Source of the DNA: Octopus sinensis
Lineage: Eukaryota
Reading direction: 5' to 3'
DNA: 64,000 nt
Assembly: GCF_006345805.1 (NCBI RefSeq)
Contig: NC_043015.1
Coordinates: 31,806,001 to 31,870,000, forward strand
Shown in pieces: positions 13,560-27,486 of the stretch. The position numbers and the translations under genes are program-made. Position 1 is the first letter of the stretch; each line of letters opens with the position of its first letter. The notes under the pieces were generated by a model. It had not been told where the DNA came from. It saw only the letters and a list, made by a program, of their open reading frames with translations, and did not search any database.

Positions 13560-13615
13560 CTGTTACTGGCAAGACGGAGAGGTGGAGCAGGTGGTTTCTC
13601 TGGATCATCAGACAT
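13560..13615 (-). CDS. PAK3: First coding exon of a group I p21-activated kinase (PAK1/2/3 co-ortholog), N-terminal proline-rich SH3-binding motif
   Basis: Minus strand reads agtaccATG then MSDDPEKPPAPPLRLASN + AG|gtaatc (phase-2 donor). The peptide matches the recognisable group I PAK N-terminus (vertebrate PAK3 EKPPAPPLRMNSN, fly Pak DKPPAPPVRLTSN). No CRIB or kinase exon found in 1-13559. Confidence 0.9.
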
Positions 13616-13648
13616 GGTACTCAACTTTTAATGTCCCACCACTCACAC
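13616..13648 (-). other. 5'-UTR part of the PAK start-codon exon (exon 13560-13648)
   Basis: Acceptor ctcttgtattttcag| (AG at 13649-13650). The 33 nt before the ATG contain in-frame TGA and TAA, so upstream exons are non-coding. Confidence 0.8.
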
Positions 13649-14084
13649 CTGAAAATACAAGAGACGATATTTAATAACAGAAAGAGAGATGGATACAGAG
13701 ATGGCAACATTAAAAACATATTATTCCACTACAAGATGATAAAACACAAATTGAATACACCTAGCGACCTCTAATTATGACCATTAATACAAAGATGATG
13801 ACTGTCCCCTCACATGACTATCCTCCTGCTTGTATGATGGTGATGCTTATTTGACAAAAAAATAAAAACCAAATAAAAAGACTGGACAAGACATGGCAAC
13901 CACTCACTAGATGTTTAGATCAGTTTATACTGAAGGCACATGGCTTAGTGGTTAAGGTATTTGACTCACAATTGTAAGGTTGTGAGTTTGGTTCCCAACG
14001 GAGTGTTGTGTCCTTGAGCAAGACACTATTTCATGTTGCTCCAGTCCACTCAGATGGTGAAAATGTGTAGTACATGTATTTTAA

Positions 14085-14306
14085 CCCTTTCAATACCAAT
14101 CCGGCTTAAACTGCCTCTGGCTCTGTTGTACAAATGTCTTGTTTTCATAAGTATTGAACTAAATTCTTCCACCAAACCTTAGTCACAGTTTATGTTCTTA
14201 ACACTAGCTTAATGAAAACAAAGTTATTTTACTAAATTCTTTGTTATATTTAAAATTAATTGAAAGAAACACAGAGCATCTCAACAGAAATATGGTAGTG
14301 AAAGAG
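14085..14306. mobile_element. piggyBac-like MITE, second family
   Basis: TTAA|cccttt...gaaagag|TTAA; sister copy at 43017-43240. Confidence 0.75.
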
Positions 14307-15546
14307 TTAAACAGCTAGCCTTGTCACATTCTGTGTCACACTGAACTGTTCTGAGAACTATGTTAAGGATAAGCGTGTCTGTGGAGTGCTCAACCACTTG
14401 CATGTTTATTTCAAGAACAGGCTCTTCCATTGATCTGATCAATTGGAACCCTCATTGTCATAACCAGACTGCCAGTTCTATTAGATCAGTTCTAACTCAT
14501 TCATTTTTTATCATCATCATCATCATCATCTTTTAACGTCCGCTTTCCATGCTAGCATGGGCTGGACGATTTTGACAGAGGGCTGGTGAACCAGACGGCC
14601 GCACCAGGCTCCAATCTTGATCTGGCAGAGTTTCTACAGCTGGATGCCCTTCCTAACGCCAACCACTCTGAGAGTGTTGTGGATGCTTTTCACGTGCCAC
14701 TCAGGCGGTACTGGCAATGACCTTGCTCGAATCTTTTTACACATGCCACCGGCACAGGTGCCAGTAAGGCGACGTTGGTAACGATCACACTCGAATGGTG
14801 CCCTTTTACGTGCCACTGGCATAGAAGCCAGTTGGCTGATCTGGCAACGATCAGATATAATATTTTGATATTATAACTATTTTCAATTCTTGCAAACAGC
14901 AATAGATGCACTTCATCCAAAGCATTTTATTGTTTAGTCCAAAGTCAGCACAGACTAACCAACCAAAACTATCCCTTCTTTTCATATATCAGGGACCACA
15001 TTAGTCAATGAGTCTTTTTGGCTTCTAGATGGCAACGTGTCATTTCAGGGACATCTGGTTCCTACTTCTAGCATGCCTAACAACTCCTAGATATCTATTA
15101 AATCACAAATTTTAACCAACATCTAAAATCACATGCTACACTCATCTGGTTTTCTGTACCACAACCATGTTGTTACCGATATATAAGATATTATATACAC
15201 ATGCACACCGTATCTAAACAATTCTGATGTGTCTGCAGCAATAACTCACAGAGTAATAACAAAGGATAGACAAGCTCCCTGAAATTAATCCAAAGACCAC
15301 ACATGGAACTGTTATTGATTCTGGTGCTTTGTACTGGTCAAGTCTACATATATCCGACCAGCAGAGAACTGCCTATCAATACAAGCGTTCTACAGTTGCA
15401 GGTTATATTTGCATATGGATTAATGAAATTACATGCAGTGGAGTGAAATTCAAGATTCCATCTGATGGCCACACCACTCTTTCCTGTGCGTTGATGTTAT
15501 GGATTTCTTTTCTTGCCACTAACCATAGTGCTGCATCACAATTAAA

Positions 15547-15550
<4 letters not shown>

Positions 15551-15592
<42 letters not shown>

Positions 15593-16672
15593 TATACTAT
15601 ACACACACACACATATATATATATACACACAAAAAATATATATACACATATATATACATACACACACACACACATATATAGATATATATGCACATATACA
15701 TATATATATACATATATATACACACATGTATACACATATATATATATACATAGATACATATATATACACATATATATACACACACATATATATACACACA
15801 TATATACACATATATATATACATATACACATATATATATATACATATACACATATATATATATACATATACACATATATATATATACATATACACATATA
15901 TATATATACATATACACATATATATATATATATATACATATACACATATAGATATACATATACATATACACATATAGATATACATATATGTACATATATA
16001 TACACATATATATACATACATATATATATATACACATATATATATACACACATATACATACACATATATATATACATATACACATATATACATACATATA
16101 TATATATATACACACATATATACATACACATATATATACATACATATATATATATACACACATATATACATACACATATATATATATACACATATATATA
16201 CATACACATATATATATATACATATATATACATACACATATATATATATACATATATATATATACATACACATACATACACATATATATATATACATAAT
16301 ATATATATATATACATATATATATATACATACACATACATACACATATATATATATACATACATACACATATATATACATATACATATATATATACATAC
16401 ACATATATATACATACACATACATACACATATATACATATATATATACACATATAATATATACATATATATACATATATATACATACACATATATATACA
16501 TACAATATATATACATATACATATATATACATACACATATATATACATACACATATATATAATACATATATATACATACACATATATATATACATATGAT
16601 ACATACACATATATATATACATATAATACATATACATATATATATATACATATAATACATATACATATATAC

Positions 16673-16705
<33 letters not shown>

Positions 16706-16765
16706 ATACATATACATATATATATATATACATATAATACACACACACACACACACATATATATC
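15551..16765. repeat. 1.2-kb compound (TA)n/(CA)n microsatellite
   Basis: Source of the 363-460 aa pseudo-ORFs in the track. Confidence 0.95.
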
Positions 16766-17528
16766 TGTAATATAATATACGACAATTATTCGGTTGCCTT
16801 AATAAAACTCCTAGTTTCAGATTTCGGAGCGGAAACCTGCACCAGCATCTCTTCAGTTATTCAGGCAATTAAAATATGCTATGAAAACGACCGTTATTAA
16901 GACAACAGAGCAATTATAGAATGACCGTTAAATAAGGGGAAAAAAAAAACCGAAGGGAAGGAAGTAAAAAGTAAAGGAGTAAAAATGCTCATAGCAAGCG
17001 CGTATGTGCGCATGTGCATACATGCATGCACACCCACGTACATGTGTCTATATGCATATGCTCACTGAGATTCACATGAAACACACATGCACAGCCACAC
17101 ATACACCAAAATAGATGCACATATATATATGCAACCATGCACGCACACGTATAGAAATTCACACACATGCATGCACACACACACACACACGTGCACATAC
17201 CAATATGCACACAGTTATATACAAATACATGTCTATAAGTACGCACATGCTATATGCTCGCTCACACTCACATGAAACCCATGTATGTACACCCACACAT
17301 ACATGCAACCATTCACATGTACATGTACATATATACATACTCGCACACACACACACAAAATGTACATAAATGTATATCTGCAAGCACGTGTGCACACACA
17401 TGTGCAGTTATATTCATATGCACAACTAAAATATGTGCATGCTATATGTGCATATACCCAATTACACTCGCATGGAACACTCATATGTACATTAAAAACT
17501 TAAAAGTAAAAACAATTTTAAACTGTCA

Positions 17529-17566
<38 letters not shown>

Positions 17567-17699
17567 TTATGCTTATGCATATTTACATATATTTTCATAT
17601 ATATATATTTATATTTTTAATACAATAACTATTCTACACATGTATATATCTTTCTGAAGAATTTTTTCTGATATTAATTTCCTGATATTATTTCACAAT

Positions 17700-17980
17700 A
17701 CACACACACATACACACATACACGTATATATACATATACACACACATACATATATACATTTACACACATATGCACACACACACATACATTTACACACATA
17801 TGCACACACACACATATATATTTACACACATATGCACACACACACATTTACACACATATGCACACACACACATATACATTTACACACATATGCACACACA
17901 CACACATTTACACACATATGCACACACACACACATACATTTACACAGATATGCACACACACACACACACGCACACACACC
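17700..17980. repeat. CA-rich minisatellite (tttacacacatatgcacacacac...)
   Basis: About 8 variable units. Confidence 0.85.
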
Positions 17981-18769
17981 AGTTTAATCAGAGATATTGT
18001 AATAGAGATATGAAAACTCCAACCACTTTTAGATTCAGATGCTTATTTCTTCTTACTTGGTTGATTAAAATCTCCAAGAAATCAAAGAAGAAAAATGCAG
18101 ATTAAACTCGATTCAGTGATTGTACTTATGTCGTCTGTGTGTGTGTGTGGTGAGGCTATGGGTGGGTGTTAAGCACGGATGTATATGGTTAAGGAGTTCA
18201 CTTTGCATCCTTATGGTTCTGGATTTGATCTCATTCAGTTGCACTTTAGGCAAGTGCCTTTAACAACAAAGCTTCAGGTTGGCCAACGCAATGTGAACGA
18301 AATTTGGGAGCTGAAATCCGTGTGAAAGCATGTTGGTTGGCTGGCTGGACAGCTAGAATAGACAGATGGTGTGTATTTCATTTGTACATCAGCGTATGCC
18401 TTTATCACTAAAGGGAGATAACTCTCTAAAAATAGGTTTTGAAAATTGAATAAAACTTTTGCAGAATAGTGTGTCCTGGGATGGCCGGAATAAATTTATT
18501 CGTGTGTGCGCGCATGCGCGTGTATATTAGTGCACGTATCTATACATCTGTCTATAAATACAAAAACAGTAATATTCACATGCGTTCTAACCTAATCAAT
18601 TCTTGATGCCAATGAAATCAATGACTAAAAGGATGTATGGAAACCAGTATTTAATTCTGCTACCTGTAACATCAAACAGATGAGGTGGAAAGTTCTGCCA
18701 GGGGAGATATTTCTGATATCCTGCTGTCCCCTTCACAATTTAAAATCCATTTTCTTTAACTTAATTGCT

Positions 18770-19186
18770 TATTTCTTTACTGCCCACAAGGGGCTACACA
18801 CAGAGGGAACAAACAAGGAGAGACAAACGGATTAAGTCGATTATATCAACCCCAGTGTGTAACTGGTACTTGTTTAATCGACCCCGAAAGGATGAAAGGC
18901 AAAGTCGACCTCGGCAGAATTTGAACTCAGAACGTAGCGGCAGATGAAATACCTATTTCTTTATTACCCACAAGGGGCTAAACATAGAGGGGACAAACAA
19001 GGACAGACATAGGTATTAAGTTGATTACATCGACCCCAGTGCGTAACTGATACTTAATTTATCAACCCCGAAAGGATGAAAGGCAAAGTCGACCTCGGAG
19101 GAATTTGAACTCAGAACGTAGCAGCAGACGAAATACCGCTAAGCATTTCGCGTGGCGTGCTAACGATTCTGCCAGCTCACCGCCTT
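18770..19186 (-). mobile_element. Meta-type SINE dimer
   Basis: Two units, single head; 16-bp TSD ctttaacttaatt(g/a)ct at 18754-18769 and 19187-19202. Confidence 0.85.
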
Positions 19187-19793
19187 CTTTAACTTAATTA
19201 CTACTGGTCTAAACACTTTGCGACTATCATTATTACTTTTCCATGCTTGCATGAAGTAAGCCCCCTAGACCCACAGGTCTGGTTACTTATTCCATGGCAT
19301 GTAGGTGACTGACATAACAACATCCTCCCTCAACGGGATGCCACTCCATAGCAGGGTTATTCATCTACAGCTGAGTGGACTGGGGCAACTTGAAATAAAG
19401 TGTTTTTTTGAAGAACACTATGCGCTGCCTGGTCTGGGAATCAGACCCACAATTTTGTGATCACAAAGAATATGTACACTTACTACAATCATTAGACTGT
19501 ATTCATAGCTAAGAAGCTATATACAGTTAAAACTCACAAACCACTGTGCAACCAGTCAAGCTTCTATATGTAGTAGCTAAATCACCCTCAAAACCACAAA
19601 CTGTCTAAAAAAAAACAACCTAGTTGATGTAATCCCCTGATACACTGAAAAGCAGTATGTTGACGTCTGGAAACAGATTTGGCCATAAGTCTTGCTCAAC
19701 CAGAGTTAACCTGGGATTAAATAACAAGAACATAGGAATCAAGAATTTGAAATCAGGAACAGGCAAAGGCAAGGAGGAAAAAAGAAAACTTAC

Positions 19794-19850
19794 TTCTGTA
19801 TGAATGTGTGTGAAAGCTGCTTTTAAATTTAAAAACTTATCAAACCTATT
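19794..19850 (-). other. Candidate 57-nt non-coding 5'-UTR exon of PAK
   Basis: Branch point TACTAAC + T-run + gccag acceptor, and GAA|gtaagt donor; no ATG; same strand as PAK. Confidence 0.6.
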
Positions 19851-20994
19851 CTGGCATAAAAAAAAGGTTAGTAAGTAAAAGATGTGAATGTTGAAAGCTG
19901 GAAGACTAAAATCAAAAAATGTTTTGCCATCCTGTTTGTGTACCTATTTGAAGAATTGTCATAAAAGAGATAAAAGATGAGTGGTTTCTAAAACAAAGTG
20001 TTCTGTTATTGAATTCTAACATGCTTGCCAAAATGACTTGTAATGGACAATAAGGATTACAGGTAAAAAAAAAAGATATTTGTTGTGGTTCTAGGAATTT
20101 GTTTGTGGAAAGAGAAAGAAAAATAAAATATAGATTAGAGATGTAATTTAACAAGTTTGTGGCCATTACAACAGTTAGCAATATATGTACAAAAAAAGTT
20201 GAGTTGAAAGAAAGGATTTTGATACTTCAAAAGGTGTTTTAGTGGCATCAAAAGACCAAGTTTGCAGAGAGAAAAAGAACAAAGACATAAAGCTGTAAAC
20301 AGAGTTGCTTTTCCAGAAATGATGAAGTCTGTGAACACAAGAGAAAAATACAAGTAGATACGAGCGTTACAAGTTGTTTGGTAACAACTAAACCGTTTAC
20401 TATGACGTAGTGTCTCATGTGCATAACATCTTATGTTGAAAAAAACTTTGAAAAACTGAGATTATCTATGTAAATAGCAGACAAAAACTCCCTCTCAAAG
20501 GGTTTTAAATCCATGACCAAAGAAGATAACTACAATGCAATCAGCTGATTGAAGTTTTTGGAATATAAAGGGGCTGTAGATGGGAGTAAAACTTATCTTT
20601 AAAGCTAACCAGTGAAAAATAAGACAAGTTCCAGTCTTATTAGGCCTCTTCTTTATCCTGTGTATAAGCAGTGACTGTTCTACATATTTTCTATGGCATC
20701 TACACTATCTGCACCTCTCGCCCACTGGCACTCTACCTAATGCATCACCTGTGGCACCTAACCTGTGACACCTGCTCTAGGTATCATCTGTGGCACTGAC
20801 CCTCTGCATCACCTATCCTTGGTATCATCTATAGTATGCATCACCTGTGACACCCTAGGAATCATCTGTGGCACTAACACCATGCATCACATGTGACACC
20901 TAACCATTTGTGGTACCGATCTATTGTGCCTCCAGTGGATCTCTGACCAATTGAAAATGACTTCTTTGAGTCAATAGAAGAGCTCCTACATGTC

Positions 20995-21215
20995 AGTCAA
21001 CCTGCTAGAAATAGCAACCAAATCTCCCTCATATTACACCCAACCGACTTAAAATAAAAATGATACATTGAATACTACAGTAGCCTGAGACACACAGTTT
21101 TAACCCCCCCCAAAAAAAAAAACAAAAACACAGATATGATCATGGCTGGACTATTGCTGTTCAAAAGGTCTCCTCAATCAGAACTGCCCTGGAACTAAAC
21201 AACATCAACAAAAGC
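20995..21215 (+). repeat. Unclassified (caa)n-tailed interspersed repeat
   Basis: ctgctagaaatagcaaccaaatctccctca...catggctgga...ctaaacaacatcaac. Diverged copies near 5790, 8140, 19560, 37680(-), 39290(-), 44485 and 52120. Confidence 0.55.
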
Positions 21216-21637
21216 AAGCAATCCGTTATTGAGAACAACAGATTGCATGACATGTCTTGGAAATAACATTTAAAACAGTCGAACTTCCTGTGTAATTTAT
21301 CCAGAATTCAATTACAATCATTTTCGCTTTAATTAAGAAAACTGATGAAGCTCGCAGACTGTGACAAGTGATACTGGCTGACATTCCAAACACTGATGGC
21401 TATTGATACCTGCTCAACAGGTAACTATGGAAACTAAAACACCCCCACCTCCTTTATGTAATTCAATAGGTTCCCACCCCCTTACCCACATACAACTTCG
21501 TTCGCTGTTTTATTTCTCCCAACTGAATTAAGTCCATCCATACCAGGGTTTTTGTTGTTCTTTAGCTAGCAGCATAATTCAGTTGGGGTGTGGAGCCGTC
21601 TACCTTGCGTGACTCTTTTATGGAGGTGACACCATTG

Positions 21638-21944
21638 TTTGTTCCTTCTCGAGCCATGCCTGGCTCATAAGGGCCGGTTTCCCGGTTTCATTGGCATATA
21701 GGTTCCCCACCTGGACGGGACGCCGGTCCATCACAGGTGAGCTGCTAGGTGCAGGAGGAAAGATTGAGAGAAATGTTGTAGCGAAAGAGTCAGCAGAAGT
21801 TCGCCATTACCTTACCTTCTGCCGGAGCCGCGTGGAGCTTAAGTGTTTCACTCATAAACACAAACATCGCCCGGTCTGAGATTCGAACCTGCAATCTCTC
21901 GACCACGAGTCTGCTGGTCTAACCACTAGGTCATGTGCCTCCAC
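21638..21944 (-). mobile_element. tRNA-derived SINE family C
   Basis: tRNA-like head (ggcacatgacctagtggttaga...ggttcgaatctc); 11-bp TSD tgacaccattg at 21627-21637 and 21945-21955. Confidence 0.85.
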
Positions 21945-22550
21945 TGACACCATTGGGTTTGCTGTGTATGACTATATACGCATGTTGGGGCCTGGAGGTG
22001 AGGAAAAACTCAAGGGCAGCCCACAGAGGCACACCCTCTAGCTACACCACTACTTTAGCCCAGGGCTGCCACATCTGATCCACCAATCCTATGATCAAAG
22101 ACATGACCAGCCATGACTATCTTGTCAATTTTTTAATGACAGTGATTATCCCAGACAACATTACTTAATGTGTCCTTCCTTGATTGCTATTTCCTCAAAG
22201 ATGTGCGACTGTGAAGAGGCCGTCACACTGGCTCAATATTCAGGTCTTCATGCAGCAGTTTGTGTCAATGACAACAATATGGCTAAATAAGGCTTAGCAG
22301 ACCTGATTGAAGCATGGCATCAGATAAAACGTTTTTTCAATAGTTGTTTTGACACATTACATTCTGAGTTCAAATCTCACCAAAATCAACTTTGTTTTTC
22401 CATCCTTCCAGAGTCAATAAAATAAAGTACCAGATATCATCAACTAACCTTCTTCCTTGAAAATAGTTGGCTTTGCGCCTAAATAAGAGACCATTATTAT
22501 TATTACCAGCGGAATGACAGAAACAGCTGTGATGGACAAAATGCAAGGAA

Positions 22551-22582
<32 letters not shown>

Positions 22583-23287
22583 TCCTGATTCCAAACTGAT
22601 ATCAACAATAAAGAAAGAGGCAGAGCGGAATAAATGTTTTATCAACCAACCAAACTAAATCACAGTTCTTCTAACCTATAAATAGAAAACTCCCTAAAGT
22701 GATTTCCTGATTGTGGGATGGTTGAAGAGCTTGTCTTATCTTATACCTGGTGTTTATCATCTTTCTTCCAGCAAGAAAGTAGGAATTAAATAAATAACAC
22801 ACCAGGAGGAGAGAGGCCCTGAGAAGACCAGTTCCAATGAAAATAAATAACATTTCGGTGAGACATTCTCTCTCTGGTATGCTGAAGCTGGGGCTGGCAG
22901 AATGGAGGCAGTTCTATGATTGTTTATTAATTTTAACCATAAAAACTAACAGTAAAAATACTTACTACATATATATATATATATAGGGACTGAAATGTAA
23001 CATGAAGCCCAGAGCAAGAATTAAAATAAATATATAAAAAGTATAATAATAATTTTTCTCGTTTTGGTACAAGGCCAGAAACTTTGAAGGGAAGTGCAAG
23101 TTGATTACATTAACCCCCAAATACTTGACTTGTGCTTTATTTTATCAACCCTGCAAGGAGGAAAGGCAAAGTAGATCTTGGTGGAATTTAAAACTCAGAA
23201 CGAAAAGAACTGAACGAAATACTGCTGCTAAGCATTTTGTCCAACACACTAAGGATTCTACCAGTTTGCTGCCCTAAATATAAATAA

Positions 23288-23364
23288 TAATGATGATGAT
23301 GATGGTGATGATGATGATGATGATGATGATAATGGTGATGATGATGATGATGACAACGATGATG

Positions 23365-23396
<32 letters not shown>

Positions 23397-23460
23397 GATG
23401 ACGATGGCGATGATGGCAACAACGACTACAATGATGGTGATGGTGATGATGATGATGATA
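23288..23460. repeat. (GAT)n trinucleotide tract
   Basis: Gives the poly-Met pseudo-ORF. Confidence 0.9.
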
Positions 23461-25664
23461 TTTTTCTTATCTTTTTAAGGGCAGAAAGTAGGATGATGAG
23501 TTGTTGAGAAAAAAATGATTCCCTAACAAAATGGCGGAGTTATAAAAAAAAAAAAGGTATAAAAAGATGCTTTTCTGATAATCGGTTTTGTCCTCCCCGA
23601 GGAATAACTTATAAGGACAGCATGAGAAGACTAGAGGAGGGTAGTGAATACATTGGGAGGATGGGAGTGGTGTTGAGATTAAACTGGTTGCTGTAGTAAC
23701 ACCAGGACAAATATATTCATTTCATATAACACCAGAATGTGTATAATACCAGTATGTGTGTAATACCAGTACATCTACTAAATGATTCTCTCATCACTAC
23801 TTTATCAAATATAGTGAAGTTTATGCTTTGCTGAAGAGGTCTAATAATACTGAAACATATCCAAGGTTACATCTATGTGTAGTTAAAATAATATAAGTTA
23901 CTGGGCCGGTGGCACGTAAAATGCACCATCCGTACGTGGTCGATGCCAGCACCACCATGACTGGCTTCCGTGCCGGTGGCATGTAGAAAGCCAGCCTCCC
24001 CTGACATGTAAAAAGTACCCACTACACTCATGGAGTGGTTGGCGTTAGGAAGGGCATCCAGCTGTAGAAACACTGCCAGATCAGACTGGAGCCTGGTTGA
24101 ACCGTCCAACCCATGCTAGCATGGAAAGCGGACGTTAAACGATGGTGATGATGATGATGACGACTCACAGATATTATGTTTTCCTTCTGACATAATTATT
24201 TCCAATTCACTTTCTTATGTTCCCTGCATAAAATAGATTAAGTTGCCTGTCTTTTCCTTCAGATAATTTACTTCAGACTACATTGTCCAGTATGTTCTTC
24301 CTGCCTTTAGCAGGGAGTAATTTGGCAGCTATTTCTAACAGGTCAGGCCATGTAGAGAGGTAACAAACTTTGTTGTTGTTTAACTCCAAGTCAACCCTGA
24401 TCCAACTCCAGACCTTTTTTTACAACTGGTACTTATTTTATCAGTCTCTTATACCAAGTTACGGGACATAAACACATCAACAACAGTGATAGGGGACAAA
24501 CAAAGACACACACATTCACATGTATATACAACGGGCTACTTTCAGTTTCTGTCTACCAAATTCATTCCCAAGGCCTTGGTTGGCCCGAGGCTATAGTAGA
24601 AGACATTTGCCCAAGGTGCCATGCAGCGGGACTGAACCTAGAACCCTATGGTTGGGAACCAAACTTCTTACCACACAGCCATACCTGCATTTGTACAGAA
24701 AAAAAAAAGAAAAAAGGAAGAAGATATTCTGAATGATTTCATCCCAAGATGCAGCATTCCTGAATAAACGGCAAATAAATGGCAGAATGGTTACAGTTGG
24801 AACAATCCTGTTAGTCAACACCACCAACTCCAAAACTAAACTGGGACCTTATTTTATAAACCCTGGACGGATGAAAGCCAAAGTTGACCACAGTGGGATT
24901 TGAACTCAGAATGTAAAGAGTCAAAACAAATGCTGCAAAGAATTTTTATTCTAACACTGTAGTAGTTTTGCCAGATAACCACCAACTCCTTCTTATATCG
25001 ACTGAGACGGAGACAATATATCAATATACGTAGAAGCACAAATAGAGTATTGATTCAGTGGGAATATATAACTGTCACATAATTATATGTATTCTATATG
25101 CTTCACACTTTATATTTAGCTTTCATGTTTCTAGATGACAGCTAAAGCAATGAAATAATGGTCAAACAGATAAAAATCTGACATGGCAACCTCATAAATA
25201 GCAGTTAACATATATAATACGGGAAGCATCAGAAAACCAAAGAAAAATCATAAAATGAGAAAAAAAAAAACCAAATTCAGTCAATGTCCTTATATATTAT
25301 TTTTCATTCCCATCTCCCAAACAAGAACAAGAGACAACGTTGATCATGTTTCAATCTTATTCTGAACTCATCAGAGAAGAGTATCTAAATCATTTACTTT
25401 AAAAAATTTTCTATTTTCCTATCACACCCCAGTGTACAATTTTCTACATTTTCTCACTGATTCTTTCATCATAATTTTGGCAAATATAATGAAGTTTATG
25501 CATCGTTAAGAATGGTCAAAATGCAACTTAAGCATGTCTGGAATTGACTCTTGGAACTCCCTGGCAAAATTCAAATAATGTTACTCACTGATTAATATTA
25601 TTATTTCTTCACCATATATTTTTAGTTAGCAAATTAGTAATTCCAGAGATGAAATATCTTAACG

Positions 25665-25848
25665 GTATTTCGTCTGTCTTTACTTTCTGAGTTCAAATTC
25701 CGCCGAGGTCAACTTTGCCTTTCATCCTTTCGGGGGTCGATAAATTAAGTAGCAGTTACGCACTGGGGTTGATGTAATTGACTTAATCCCTTTGTCTGTC
25801 CTTGTTTGTCCCCTCTGTGTTTAGCCCCTTGTGAGCAATAAAGAAATA
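25665..25848 (+). mobile_element. Meta-type SINE, 5'-truncated
   Basis: ggtatttcgtctg...ttagccccttgtgagcaataaagaaata. Confidence 0.8.
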
Positions 25849-27432
25849 AGAAAGTAGAAGCAACTGTTGGTTCTAAAGATGAGAAAGGACTTGTTCTCCT
25901 TAAATAACAGGCCTGTCACCCAGTTATTTCCCAGCTGGATGTATTTCCACAACCAGTAATTCAAGGGGGTTTTACAGTTTTTTTTAGAATATAACTCATT
26001 TATGAAGTATGTAAGAATAATCTGATTTAGTCATGACATATTTTTGTCATCATAGCAATACAATACGAACTGGAGCAGTAAATAGTTTTAATTAAATAGA
26101 AAAAACAGAGCAAGAAGAAAGAGAGAAAAACAAGATATTATTTGGTTGAAATGCAATTCAGATTAGTATGGTGTCATTCAAAAGTTATTTCCCTACCGTA
26201 GAGGAATGGAGGGAGTGAGGGAGAGAAAGAGTGAGTGAGATAGAGGAGTGTGTGTGTGTTTGTATATATATATATGTGTGTTGTGTGTGTGTGTGTGTGT
26301 GTGGTGTGTGTGTGTGTATATATGTGTGTGTGTGTGTATATATATGTGTGTATGTATATATATGTGTGTGTGTGTATATATGTGTGTGTGTGTATATATG
26401 TGTGTGTGTTGTGTGTATATATGTGTGTGTGTGTATATATATGTGTGTGTGTGTATGTGTGTTAAAGAATCACTGCTGTTATCTAAAGAGGAACTTACTG
26501 TTGATTGATAGTTAACTGATATAAGTAAATCTAAACCCTTAGCACCTAGCACCATCATTAAGTAACAACAATCTTAAGCCACATTATCAATCACCATCAC
26601 CACCTGCACCACCACCATCATCATCATCATCATCGAGATCTTTAAACTATTTCATAACAGATTCAGGTAACAATCTTAATCCATTCTTATGCAAGCATAA
26701 TTGCCTCCCATAAGCTTAGATAGCAAACTACACCAAACAATTATTACACCAAAAAGCACTCATAAACACCACCACATGTACAGCTAAATCTGTTAATCTC
26801 ACTTAATTAGTGTGACCTAATCTACTTTAAACAATCAAGGCTTCTCGTTCATAAACAGCTAAAATAAACACAACTGAACTCCAACGTGCTGCTTATAAAC
26901 AGAAGTGCTGCCATAACTGAAGAAATGTTTTCAAAACCATTTCTTTAAAAACGCAACCCTTGTATTCTATTCTATTCTTTTTTTCTTCTTTTATCTGTCA
27001 AATAGGTGCAAGCATGACTGTGATAAGAAGCTTCCTTCCCAATGACGGTGGTTCCGGGTTCAGTCCCACTACATGGCATCTTGAGCAAGTGTCTTATACA
27101 ATAGCCTTGAACCAACCAAAGCCTTGAGAGTGGATTTGGTAGACGGAAACTGAAAGAAGCCCACCATAAATGTGTGAGTGTGTTTGTCTATAAAATTTAT
27201 GTGCAATAAAATTGGTTATACTTCTACAATAAACAAAATATTATAACAATTTTTTTATATAATTCCTAAAATTATTTAGTTATAAAAATATAATAGGAAT
27301 TTTCAAACATCACAAGTGAAGGGGTCCATAGGTAAAAAAATGGCTGAGAACCATTGCTCTACAGAATGTTATATAACTGTGTATATATATTCCTTATCTA
27401 CTGAATTATTCATCTAGAAAATGTTGACTTTG

Positions 27433-27486
<54 letters not shown>

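Noticed and set aside
15329-16785. ORFs of 363-460 aa (Y/I/H/T or C/V/Y/M rich)
   Set aside because: Translations of a (TA/CA)n microsatellite; the same applies to ORFs near 1100-1700, 2900-3500, 4100-4500, 17000-18100 and 26200-26500.
18057-18130. Donor CCAA|gtaaga with upstream pyrimidine tract (possible microexon or first exon)
   Set aside because: The only nearby acceptor is an atypical GAG; insufficient support.
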